Assembly: GCA_965197475.1 (NCBI GenBank)
Contig: CBDANF010000003.1
Location: forward strand, 576,001 to 640,000
Length of the DNA stretch: 64,000 nt
DNA from: Candidatus Poribacteria bacterium
GTDB lineage: Bacteria; Poribacteria; WGA-4E; WGA-3G
Direction: 5' to 3'
Part shown: one piece after another, positions 9,275 through 18,979 of the stretch
How the letters are laid out: every line of letters starts with the position of its first letter
How positions within the stretch are numbered: position 1 is the first letter of the stretch
The notes under the pieces: model-generated
The model's input: the letters and a program-made list of their open reading frames with translations, nothing else
Told to the model about the DNA's origin: nothing
The model's database searches: none
Translations under genes and position numbers: made by a program

Positions 9275-10632
9275 ATGAGACATAAAATGTATTGGGGGCT
9301 TGGAGCTCTCATAATCCTGATTATCGGCACAGCCGGTGTGTTGTTCATGCGGCACAATCGCGCTGAAATGGCACGCTTTGAAAAAGCGTTAGCAGATGCC
9401 GATAACCGGCTACAAGAAAGCGATAGTTCACCCCAGCAGCCCGCCCAACGTGGCGTTGGCTCTCCAACGTATAAACCGCCCCCGCTGGGTGAAACAGAAG
9501 ATACAGGTCACTGGGACGGCAACGTGTGGCATCAAACCGCACCCAAACCGAAAAAGAAAAAAGTGTTGGGCTTGTGGTCACGCGAGATGACTCTGCGAGA
9601 TTACTACGCTGCGATGCCTCAGGGAAATCACAACAATAGACAGACAAAGTTTATGGAAAGCGTTGTTCGAAAACAACCCTATTCAGAGGCGGGCTTTGAA
9701 GCGATGTACAATTTAGCATCAATTAACTCACGTTACAGCAGCGCAGATTATATTGAGAACCTAAAGGGAGTGCTGAAATACCATCCGGAGTCGCCACGCG
9801 TACTCTCAAAGTTAGCGTGGTATACTTCTCCATCTGATTCAAAGTTCCCACCTGAAGAGTCAATAGCGTATGCGAAAAAGGCACTTCGTCTGCTTCCCAA
9901 TAGTTCGGAGGATAATACATGGTTTAAGCTATGGCAGTCCCCCGCTGTGAACATTCATGGGGCATTAGGCTTTGCGTATCAGCGGGTAGGCGATTACAAA
10001 GCTGCGTTGGTTCACCTCAAAACGATACAAAGTCTGCTGAACATGCCTACAAAGCGACTTTGAAGCATATAGCTGCAATAGAAGCGGGGAAGCCGCTCAT
10101 AAAACCCGATCCGAAGCCGCAGCCGGATGCTGCCACCGTTTCGTCTCTATTCCCTCCAGTGCCCGAGCCGGTGTCAGCCCCTAAAGATGCGTCAGATTTT
10201 CCTCCCGTGCCTTCTGATCATCCGGGTTTTGACCCTAACAATCCTTCTTTCGTTCCGTCCGATAAATCTGTTCGTTCGAAACAAGCGTCGGCGCAAGCGC
10301 GTGCGGACTTTGCGCGTCATCAGCAGCAAGAGTTTGGTGATTTTCTGCGGTGGATGGAACGGATAGAGCAAGCGAAGTCGCCTGCAGATTTAGAAGATTT
10401 TTTGATGCGTGAGATGGCAAAGCAGCTGCAAGGCGGTCAATCCGAGTTCACACCGGACCGGTTGATCCGTGCGTTTGAAACGGTCAATCGTCATGGTGAA
10501 ACCGCAGGGATGTCACAGCTGCAACAGTTGGATCCCGATATTGCGAAAGCGATGTCGCGTCACCCTCAAAGTAAACGTGTGCCACCGCGCACCGCGCCTG
10601 TGCGTCCGAAAACAGTTCATAACCCGAAATAG
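9275..10632 (+). pseudogene. TPR protein paralogue 2, frameshifted near 10035-10050
   Basis: ORF 9275-10063 matches the N-terminal half of paralogue 1; another frame (YKATLKHIAAIEAGKPLI... to 10632) matches the C-terminal half. Confidence 0.8.
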
Positions 10633-10646
10633 AAAGGAGATTTCTC

Positions 10647-11084
10647 ATGAGACATAAAATGTATTGGGGGCTTGGAGCTCTCATAATCCTGATTATCGGC
10701 ACAGCCGGTGTGTTGTTCATGCGGCACAATCGCGCTGAAATGGCACGCTTTGAAAAAGCGTTAGCAGATGCCGATAACCGGCTACAAGAAAGCGATAGTT
10801 CACCCCAGCAGCCCGCCCAACGTGGCGTTGGCTCTCCAACGTATAAACCGCCCCCGCTGGGTGAAACAGAAGATACAGGTCACTGGGACGGCAACGTGTG
10901 GCATCAAACCACACCCAAACCGAAAAAGAAAAAAGTGTTTGGCTTGTGGTCACGCGAGATGACTCTGCGAGATTACCGCGCGGCGATGCCCCATGGAAAT
11001 CACGACAATAGACAGACAAAGTTTATGGAAACACCTTGTCCAAGATCAACCACACCACCTTGCCCGCTGGACGCAGCGGAATAA
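10647..11084 (+). pseudogene. Truncated TPR paralogue 3 fused to the tail of the 3715-4158 gene
   Basis: Near-identical to 9275-9659 up to ...TTTATGGAAA, then continues as ETPCP.ST..PC.LDAAE. Confidence 0.8.
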
Positions 11085-11119
11085 CAGGGATAAACAATCC
11101 TAATTCGGAGGGTATTTTG

Positions 11120-11968
11120 ATGAAACGCAAACTTTACCGGGGACTCGGTGTCCTCATTATACTACTCATCGGTGTTGGTGCCGTGTTGGTGATCCGGCAC
11201 GAAATGGCGATACACAAGCAACTCAAAGCCAATTTAGATGCAGCGAATAAACTGCTTGAAGAACAGAACAAGCCATCAGAAGTGCCGAATGAAAAAGGGC
11301 ATGTTCACGAAGATGGCACTTTTCACGTAGGCGAACATGGCGATCCGATAGTGGAACAAGACGACCCCACGGGTGAACAAGATGAACCCCTAAAACCACC
11401 ACCATCACGAGACTTTGAACCCGTCCAAATACAGATACCAGAAGGTATAACAGACCCCGATGTGTTAGCAGCGTGGGAACGACTTGACTACATCGCCAAT
11501 AATATTTGGGACTGGGGTGGTGTGCCATCGCAAGAGACAGAAGAACTGATCGCACAACTTATGCCACCGCCAGATGGGTTTTCGGGTCCCAGCGGACACA
11601 GCGATGCCGAAGAGACCATAAATCTACTCGGCAGCTTGGATAGAAACGACCCGCGCTCCGCAGAAGTCATGGCGACTTATTTCTGTGAGAATATTATCGG
11701 GGGACGTGGTCCGATATATGCGTTGGCAGAGATAGGACCCCCAGCCGTGCCACTCCTGATAAATTACCTGTTTTCTACTGATGGAAACGTAGGAAGGGCA
11801 GTTGCCGCTTTAGAAGAAATTAGCGTAAAGCATCGTAAGGAATTAGGGGGTATTGTAGACCACATCATCATTCCAAAATTCGAAGAATATGCGGCAATAG
11901 AAGACCCGCCAGGTAAGATGTATTATCCGAGAAAGTGGGCGCGAGAAGCCCTTGAACTTTTGAAATAA
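11120..11968 (+). CDS. Membrane-anchored His-motif / HEAT-repeat-like protein, copy 2
   Basis: Near-identical to 4194-5036 except a divergent patch in the HEAT region. Confidence 0.75.
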   Translation: MKRKLYRGLGVLIILLIGVGAVLVIRHEMAIHKQLKANLDAANKLLEEQNKPSEVPNEKGHVHEDGTFHVGEHGDPIVEQDDPTGEQDEPLKPPPSRDFEPVQIQIPEGITDPDVLAAWERLDYIANNIWDWGGVPSQETEELIAQLMPPPDGFSGPSGHSDAEETINLLGSLDRNDPRSAEVMATYFCENIIGGRGPIYALAEIGPPAVPLLINYLFSTDGNVGRAVAALEEISVKHRKELGGIVDHIIIPKFEEYAAIEDPPGKMYYPRKWAREALELLK

Positions 11969-11998
11969 CCGAAATCTATATATGAAAGGAGAAATCCG

Positions 11999-13807
11999 AT
12001 GAAAGTTCGTTATGTTTTCTACATGCTATTACTTGTTATCTGTGTGTTAATTCCGTTTCATTTGAGTTCCACAGTAATATCGTTTCATTCGCAGACACCT
12101 TGTATTCGTATCAAATCGTGGTCTGTCGGACAAAGTTCGGGTTATTATGGTAAAGAGAAACTCGCAATAAACATTGGGTCGTTCATTACGAATTCAGAAC
12201 AGACGTGTTGTGTGCATGTATCGGTGGGTTATTGTGATGACCAACCTTCGCAGACCAACATAATGTATCCGATTACTTCGTTTGGATATGAGTTGTCTAT
12301 GAGTCATGGGTTCGTAGTAGAAAAGGCGGTTTATAGTGTGAGTGGTCCGGATGCTGCGTTGTTTGACCCGGCCACAAGTTTTTCTGTGAGTGCGAAGTTT
12401 AAGGGACCCAAGGATGAGGAGGAGCTTGTCTCATCGTGTAACGGAAATAATGGTCGCGATAACAAACCGATGTGGGTCAAGGTGAAGTTTATTGGCTACT
12501 ACGGGACGGATCTCGATAACCAAAAGTCCGTTTCAGTTTCGGGACAGTGGGTACAAGATACAAAAGACAGGATACGGCAGGAATATGTGGATATGACACC
12601 ACCCGATAGTAGAGCCGAATTGCCGGTGCCTGGCAGATCGTCATTTGTTTCCACAATCTCAACCGACAACGGTGTGGATCGATGGAATACGGGGCATTAT
12701 AGTAGTTTCATGATAGATGATGGATTGAAAGGGAAAAAGGCAGATTGGCTCGCGGAAGTTAATAAAGAACGCAAAAGTAACGGTTTATCCGCGTTTACGG
12801 ATGCTGATTTTCAGGTGAACAGTGCGTATCGCAATCCGTATCATCAGCGTTTTCATGTCGGCAAGGGGGCACTTGCTTCATTTCATAGTCGTCATCCGTT
12901 TGGCGATGCGTTAGATGTTCACACCCCCGATGTAAATGGCAATGGCACAGAAGAGCAAGTCTATAAGAATTATGCTAACAGTGCCGATGGCGTTGCTATG
13001 GAGAATGCTGCCACAGATAAGTCTGTTGGTGCTTTGTGGACAGCTTCTTATCTATACTATGGTACGCACACGCATGCGGATTGGACGCTGCGCGTGAAAG
13101 ATGGCGGGAGTTGGCCTCCGCCGAATGGCACTGTCTATTCTCCACCGTGTAACATAGATGGAACAGCATCAAGTGGTCCGTATGTGACGGGGGCAACAAC
13201 GGGCAATGCAGAAGAGACGAATGAAGGTCAAACGGGACAGGATACCGGTGGTAATGAACAGACCACAGATGCTCCTGCCATCGGCCCCTGTGGACATACC
13301 TATTGGCTAGGTTCATCCTCGGACTACGACCATAGATCAGAAACTTGGGGGTGTGGACATACGATCTATGTTTGTCAATCCAGTTCCCATTCGCTGCAAG
13401 CGAGTTGTTCCGAAACGAATGCGAATGGCGATAGTTGTACGGTGACAAGTTTCTATGCGTGTCAGACGCATACACACGAGTATCCTGCTGCGCCGAGTTT
13501 TGCGCCCAGTTTATCCGTCGGTTCAAGCAGCTATAGTGCGGGGAGTTCTTTGTCTCCGGTTGTCACATCTGATGCGCCTATTTACGGTGCGCATTTGTTT
13601 GTGCGTGCGCCGGGGGATACAAGCACCTATGGCACAAAAATAGGCTGGTTTCCTGGGGGTCGCACGACACAGACATTGACGTTGCCTTACACGTTTGCTG
13701 CTAATGCTGCGAGTGGCAGCTATAAGATCACTGCGCGTGTGTATCCGTGGAATGGTGATGCGTGGGGCGATCCGGATTATTTATCTGACTACGTGTCGGT
13801 TGAGTAG
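11999..13807 (+). CDS. Secreted peptidase M15-like protein, copy 2
   Basis: 602 aa, identical to copy 1 except QRAAES>ENAATD, S>G and S>N. Confidence 0.75.
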   Translation: MKVRYVFYMLLLVICVLIPFHLSSTVISFHSQTPCIRIKSWSVGQSSGYYGKEKLAINIGSFITNSEQTCCVHVSVGYCDDQPSQTNIMYPITSFGYELSMSHGFVVEKAVYSVSGPDAALFDPATSFSVSAKFKGPKDEEELVSSCNGNNGRDNKPMWVKVKFIGYYGTDLDNQKSVSVSGQWVQDTKDRIRQEYVDMTPPDSRAELPVPGRSSFVSTISTDNGVDRWNTGHYSSFMIDDGLKGKKADWLAEVNKERKSNGLSAFTDADFQVNSAYRNPYHQRFHVGKGALASFHSRHPFGDALDVHTPDVNGNGTEEQVYKNYANSADGVAMENAATDKSVGALWTASYLYYGTHTHADWTLRVKDGGSWPPPNGTVYSPPCNIDGTASSGPYVTGATTGNAEETNEGQTGQDTGGNEQTTDAPAIGPCGHTYWLGSSSDYDHRSETWGCGHTIYVCQSSSHSLQASCSETNANGDSCTVTSFYACQTHTHEYPAAPSFAPSLSVGSSSYSAGSSLSPVVTSDAPIYGAHLFVRAPGDTSTYGTKIGWFPGGRTTQTLTLPYTFAANAASGSYKITARVYPWNGDAWGDPDYLSDYVSVE

Positions 13808-13897
13808 TTGTCCTTTAGATTAGAAAGGGGCGTGTCTTGGAACTGACAGGCAGATATTCTTTTGGGTATCTGCCTGTTTTTTGTAAAGGAGCACTTA

Positions 13898-14371
13898 ATG
13901 AAAGTAAAATCCTTCATAACAGGTCTTATCATCCCGTTACTCCTCACTGCTGGTATCATTCTATATCTGCAACATGCACCAAAATTGGCACCCGCAACTG
14001 AAATTCCGCATCAAAAAGATGTAATAGCAAATGTGGAACAACCGAAGGTAAACGCTGTCAATTCCAACACAACTGCAGAAAACCCTGACGCGTTCTATCA
14101 GTTGATTATTGACAACAACATCTTCCGTCCACTCGGTTGGCAACCGCCCAGAAAACAGCCGGACTATACCCTTATCGGCACAACAGTTTCACAGAACGCA
14201 GCAGATTCAAAGGCGTTTATATTGGAGCGGCGTTCAAATCGCATGCATATCGTCAAAGTTGGGGACACCCTTGACGATGCGCGTGTGAAAGAGATTCAAT
14301 CGAAACGTGTCACACTGCATGAAGCAGGAAAAGACATAATCCTGCATGGCGGTAGGCTGCAGTTTTTCTAA
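13898..14371 (+). CDS. GspC/PilP-like protein, copy 2
   Basis: Protein identical to 6966-7439. Confidence 0.65.
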   Translation: MKVKSFITGLIIPLLLTAGIILYLQHAPKLAPATEIPHQKDVIANVEQPKVNAVNSNTTAENPDAFYQLIIDNNIFRPLGWQPPRKQPDYTLIGTTVSQNAADSKAFILERRSNRMHIVKVGDTLDDARVKEIQSKRVTLHEAGKDIILHGGRLQFF

Positions 14372-14642
14372 CATCTTTCTCTTCCCACAAGGTTATTTAG
14401 TTTCGCAATAAGTAGTTTTGGACTTGCAACAAACATGTAAAAATCGCTACAAACACAGATGTAGACTACATTTCCACTTGTTTTAATTGTGCAACTATGA
14501 TACAATATAGATAAGAAAGTAGGGGGTTGGTAGCCCCCTAAATGAACACAAAAAGCGAGTTGCTTTTTGACGGTTCTAATCTTATCTGGTATTATATCAG
14601 AAATCCGTCAGAAAAAGCAACTCCTATTTCAAGGAGTATCTG

Positions 14643-15527
14643 ATGGATTTATTGAAGGTAATGGAGCGTTTTCCTGACCAAGAAGCATGTATTGAGCATT
14701 TGGAATATATTCGGTGGCGTGGTGAACCAAGATGTCCGCATTGTGATAGTCTAAACGTTGCGGAACGGACAGAGACGGAATTGGGACGCATCGGACGCTG
14801 GCAATGCCATGATTGCACTGCTACTTTCAAGGTGACGTGTGGCACGGTGTTTCACGGGACAAAGATAGCACTTCAGAAGTGGTTTTTGGCGATCTCGTTG
14901 ATTGTGAATGCGAAGAAGTCGTTATCCAGTTACCAGTTGAGTCGTGATTTAGACTTGAATCAGAAAACTGCATGGTTTATAATGACTCGTATCCGTGCTG
15001 AAATGGCAAAGAAAGGTAGCAACGTGCTATTACAAGGCATCATAGAGGCTGATGAAACTTACATCGGGGGTAAACCTCGCAAGCCGAACAAGAAAGCAGA
15101 TGCGGAGCCTGCCAAGCGTGGTCGTGGCACTGATAAAGACGCAATCATCGGGGCTGTCCAACGCGGTGGGAAAGTTGTAGCACAACTTGCAAGGGATTTG
15201 ACAGGACGGACTATTTTAGACTTTATCCGAAGAGCCGTGAAAGTTCAGGATTCGGAGTTGATGACCGATGAATATAATGCTTATCTCGCACTCGGTAGAG
15301 ATATGAAGCATCATATCATCAATCATCAAGAGCAATTTGTTGACGGTGATGTCCACACAAACACGATTGAGGGGTTTTGGTCGCTTCTCAAACGCGCTTG
15401 GTATGGTTCACATCACCACTATTGGACTGAATATACGCCCCTGTATGTCGCAGAGGCGTGCTACAAGTATAACTATAGGAGCATTGACAGCATCTTTGAT
15501 AAGTTTGTTAATGAGAGTATGAGATGA
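14643..15527 (+). CDS. IS1595 (ISXO2-like) transposase
   Basis: Zn ribbon CPHC...CHDC; GIIEADETYIGG, TDE and HTNTIEGFW motifs. Confidence 0.95.
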   Translation: MDLLKVMERFPDQEACIEHLEYIRWRGEPRCPHCDSLNVAERTETELGRIGRWQCHDCTATFKVTCGTVFHGTKIALQKWFLAISLIVNAKKSLSSYQLSRDLDLNQKTAWFIMTRIRAEMAKKGSNVLLQGIIEADETYIGGKPRKPNKKADAEPAKRGRGTDKDAIIGAVQRGGKVVAQLARDLTGRTILDFIRRAVKVQDSELMTDEYNAYLALGRDMKHHIINHQEQFVDGDVHTNTIEGFWSLLKRAWYGSHHHYWTEYTPLYVAEACYKYNYRSIDSIFDKFVNESMR

Positions 15528-15533
15528 GTGAAA

Positions 15534-15905
15534 CTAAAGGTACCCAGGGCGTTTCTTTGCATGATCCGCGGGTTCAGGCGGTGCTTGCAGCACAGATGGC
15601 GGAAGCTCGAATGTCTTTTGATCCGAATTCAAAGCTTCGAGAATATTTTGGAACAATGTATAGCAATCTGACTCGGATTGGAAGATGCCCAAATTGTAGA
15701 GAAAAGTTGATTGGTTCGATCCATGAGCGTCTACATGTTTCAACAGAGTCAGATTGAACAAGTTTGATTCGTTGTTCTTGATGATCACAATTTCATCATA
15801 AATATTAAGATTTACGGCTAATGGACAAAATCCAGTGATTTGTTCAGGTTTTGGAAATATGATTAACATGATAGTTCCTTTGTGAGTTAGAGGGGACAGG
15901 GGCAC
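15534..15905 (-). CDS. IS passenger gene, hypothetical (likely start 15869)
   Basis: ORF inside the IS; AAAGGA RBS-like sequence before MLIIF; overlaps an alternative + strand ORF 15524-15757. Confidence 0.45.
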   Translation of the reverse strand: MPLSPLTHKGTIMLIIFPKPEQITGFCPLAVNLNIYDEIVIIKNNESNLFNLTLLKHVDAHGSNQSTFLYNLGIFQSESDCYTLFQNILEALNSDQKTFELPPSVLQAPPEPADHAKKRPGYL

Positions 15906-15917
15906 CTCGTTGTTGGG

Positions 15918-16154
15918 TTAGTCTGTTTTCTTTCGGTTTACATACCGTTTGATACACCAAGCGGTGAATCTTGCCGACAGAAAAATAATAGGTATGCCGA
16001 CAATTTGGGCTACCAATGCTACTAATGCGTATTCTCGAGCACCGAGAACAGTGACTATAGATCCAATGATAGCGAAAAACAAAAGCCAGTTTTTCAACGT
16101 GTATTTTTGCTTATAGTAAGCAAATACAAGAAGTGGCCACACTAAAAGTACCAT
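15918..16154 (-). CDS. IS passenger gene, small membrane protein
   Basis: 78 aa, mostly hydrophobic, AAGGGA RBS. Confidence 0.55.
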   Translation of the reverse strand: MVLLVWPLLVFAYYKQKYTLKNWLLFFAIIGSIVTVLGAREYALVALVAQIVGIPIIFLSARFTAWCIKRYVNRKKTD

Positions 16155-16574
16155 GATATTCCCTTATGGTAAGGGTTGTACGTGTTTTGTTTATAGGATC
16201 ACGTTGTTTAACCTTAACGTTGTTCCCGATCTCATTCGGTTTGGTAGGGACTGCCTCAAGCGAGACAGATGAGATTCCCTACCAACAACGTTAGGATAGT
16301 ATAACATGTGGGAGAAAAGAGAGTCAAGTGAAAAATTCAATGGCTTGTTGCAAGTCCAAAACTACTTATTGCGTTTAGTTTTAGACTTTTTGTCCAGTTT
16401 ATCCGAAAAGTCGCGATTCGGAGATCGCTCCTACAGCGGAAAGACCGTTATCAGAAAGTAACAACTACTTGAGAATTGAATGGCTCTGTCCAACCCAGAA
16501 AAAACCTTGAATAATAGAAAAAAATATGCTATAATACTCTCAAACCTGAAATTTGTAAGAAGAGGGAAAGTCAC

Positions 16575-17261
16575 GTGAATTGCGAAATGAGCGAAACACG
16601 CATGCGTATCCTACAACTTTTGAAGATGCGTTCCGGTATGACGGTCAGTCAACTAACTGAAGCACTCCACATCAGTGACATGGGGGTCAGACAACATCTC
16701 ACTATCCTTCAAGAAGAAGGTTTGGTTGAATATCATCAAGAAAAGCATGGACGCGGCCGTCCGCATCATCTCTATACTTTAACTGATGAAGCAAACAGCC
16801 TCTTCCCAACAACCTATGCTAATTTTGCTGTCGGTTTGATGCATGAGGTGGCAAAATTCAACGGCCCCGGATTCATCAATAAAATTTTCCGAAGCCGCAT
16901 GAAATCACAACTTCAGACCTATCAACAGCGACTTAACGGAAAAACTTTGCTTGAACGTATCGTAGAACTTGCACATATTCGCGACGAAGAAGGTTACATG
17001 GCTCGATTTGATGAAAATGACACCGACTACGTTTTAATTGAACACAATTGCCCTATTGCGGCAATCGCTCAGGAATATCCACACGTTTGTGAAATTGAAT
17101 TGGCACTCTTCAGACAATCCTTAGGAACGAAGGTGTATCGAGTAGAACATCTCATGCAGGGCAGCCATAGATGTTGCTACCGCGTTCCCAAAGGCGATTG
17201 CATGAAGCCGGAATTAGAATCCTCGTCAGATGAACAGTCAAGCAAACAAATGGATACCTAA
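16575..17261 (+). CDS. SufR-like / ArsR-type HTH transcriptional regulator
   Basis: N-terminal wHTH, GRGRP, C-terminal EHNCPI...CEIE...CCY Cys motif. Confidence 0.85.
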   Translation: MNCEMSETRMRILQLLKMRSGMTVSQLTEALHISDMGVRQHLTILQEEGLVEYHQEKHGRGRPHHLYTLTDEANSLFPTTYANFAVGLMHEVAKFNGPGFINKIFRSRMKSQLQTYQQRLNGKTLLERIVELAHIRDEEGYMARFDENDTDYVLIEHNCPIAAIAQEYPHVCEIELALFRQSLGTKVYRVEHLMQGSHRCCYRVPKGDCMKPELESSSDEQSSKQMDT

Positions 17262-17320
17262 AATAGAGCGGTATCCGCACTCATCTCTCAATTACCTAAC
17301 CCAACCTAAAGGTAATTTCA

Positions 17321-17914
17321 ATGTCTGACGAAACAGGAAGGCGGGACTTTTTCAAGGAAGCCTTGAACCAAATCATGAAACCTGTCGCTGAATTTATAGA
17401 CGACAGGATCGGCGATCAATTTCCTATTGATGAGCCGAATCGTGTCATTTTGCGACCACCAGGTGCGCTCCCCGAACCCGAATTCTTGGAAAAATGCCTT
17501 CGGTGCGGCAACTGCGTTAAAAACTGCCCTGCAGATGCTATACAACCGTTACAAAACCAAGACCCTAACCTTACTAACACACCATATATTGATCCCGATG
17601 AGCAACCCTGCGTGATTTGTGATTCGCTGGCATGCATGTATGTCTGCCCAAGCGGTGCGCTACAAACTCTCTTTGCCGAAGATATCAGAATGGGAATCGC
17701 AATCTTTAACGTTGAGACTTGTCTCCGCACAAAATCTGTCGGCTGTTCCTACTGCGTAGATACCTGTCCTATTGGAAAAGATGCGATCAAGTTCTCATCG
17801 GAAGGAATAGTAGAAGTTCTCGATTCAGGATGTACAGGGTGCGGGGTTTGTCAGTACGCATGTCCAACATCTCCAAAATCGATAGTGGTCAAACCTTTGA
17901 CGCTTTCAACATAG
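17321..17914 (+). CDS. NapF/MauM-type multi-4Fe-4S ferredoxin
   Basis: RRDFF leader, LRPPGA, four CxxCxxCxxxCP-like clusters. Confidence 0.88.
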   Translation: MSDETGRRDFFKEALNQIMKPVAEFIDDRIGDQFPIDEPNRVILRPPGALPEPEFLEKCLRCGNCVKNCPADAIQPLQNQDPNLTNTPYIDPDEQPCVICDSLACMYVCPSGALQTLFAEDIRMGIAIFNVETCLRTKSVGCSYCVDTCPIGKDAIKFSSEGIVEVLDSGCTGCGVCQYACPTSPKSIVVKPLTLST

Positions 17915-17918
17915 CACC

Positions 17919-18458
17919 ATGTCCGTTTTTCCACAATTTCTATTGCAGACACCTTTGAACGCACAAAGTTTACGGGACATCAAACCCCCGTTGGATGTTC
18001 CGCAAAATCTGCTGCCTTATATATTTCTTGGTGGGCTTATAATTGTTGCTATTGGCGGAGCAATATGGATATATCTCCGAAAACGTCATCGGATTGACCA
18101 ACTACCTCCAAACGAGACGGAAATTACACATCCTCCACATCAAATTGCGCTGGAACAGTTGAAAACACTTGAAGCCACATCGTGCGATATGGAAACTTAC
18201 CACACCCGAATTTCTTATATCATTCGTGAATACATAGCAGCGCGCTATCGAATCCCCGCATTAGAGTTAACAACAACCCATCTTCTTCAGCAAATGACAC
18301 GTGAACAGATAGGCGATTTATATGTTGAACGTATTCAGCAATTTCTTGCGAACTGTGATACGGTAAAGTTTGCAATGTGTCAACCTGAACCATCTGAAGC
18401 CGATGCAAGAATGGTAGACGCTCGGTGGTTTGTTGATGTCACAAAATCAACGGCATAA
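17919..18458 (+). CDS. Single-TM protein, DUF4381/Bat-operon-associated type
   Basis: LRDIKPP, TM, ALEQL, IIREYI..RY, ALELTT, CDTVKFA pattern. Confidence 0.7.
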   Translation: MSVFPQFLLQTPLNAQSLRDIKPPLDVPQNLLPYIFLGGLIIVAIGGAIWIYLRKRHRIDQLPPNETEITHPPHQIALEQLKTLEATSCDMETYHTRISYIIREYIAARYRIPALELTTTHLLQQMTREQIGDLYVERIQQFLANCDTVKFAMCQPEPSEADARMVDARWFVDVTKSTA

Positions 18459-18598
18459 AAAGCAGCTTCATGTTGAAAATAGAAACCATATTTAGAGACT
18501 CTGTACTGGGATTTCTTCAGTCCCGTTGAATGTCAAATGTGCATTTGTCGTTGATTCGCGCCTGGAAGGTTTGTAGAAACGTGACAACTAACCCTCTT

Positions 18599-18689
18599 AT
18601 ACCAAATTAACTTGATCCCACTCGGTAGGCGCGCTTTGTCCGCGTGCTGTCTACCAAGAAAAATAAGACTAATCCCGTTAATTTGGTAT
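18599..18689. mobile_element. 91-bp MITE, TIR ATACCAAATTAAC; inverted copy at 21798-21888
   Basis: 13-bp TIRs; two copies in opposite orientation flank mutS. Confidence 0.75.
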
Positions 18690-18979
18690 TAGCCCTAAAA
18701 AGGCGGCAGGGAATAGTGATCTTTGACAAAACACACCCTATGGCACTTGTCGTGTGGCATTTGTCGGGTCGCTCCTACAGAAGATGTGTTGCTGTCAACA
18801 AAGGTATCCGAGATATAAACAATTTTATCCACAATTTGAAAGTAGACAAAGCACTACAGAGAATTGAAAGGTTCTGGTTAAGTATAAAAAAATTGACATG
18901 TAACATAGTCTATGATATGGTATTAAAAATTATTTTGCGTATAAAATAGAATTTACTAATATAGTGTGAGGACACCTAA

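Larger units (their letters stand above)
14404..16373 (+). mobile_element. IS1595-family element with passenger genes (1970 bp)
   Basis: 29-bp perfect TIR CGCAATAAGTAGTTTTGGACTTGCAACAA; 8-bp TSD TTTAGTTT (14396-14403, 16374-16381); empty site visible at ~7464-7471. Confidence 0.95.
3015..16488. mobile_element. MITE-bounded non-autonomous composite island with 9-bp target duplication TCCAACCCA (core unit 3015-7578, right part duplicated)
   Basis: TCCAACCCA at 3006-3014 precedes the left TIR and follows the right TIR at 7579-7587 and 16489-16497. Confidence 0.75.

Noticed and set aside
6069-13018. Diversity-generating retroelement explaining the variable patches
   Set aside because: Differences are not adenine-specific and no reverse transcriptase is in the window.
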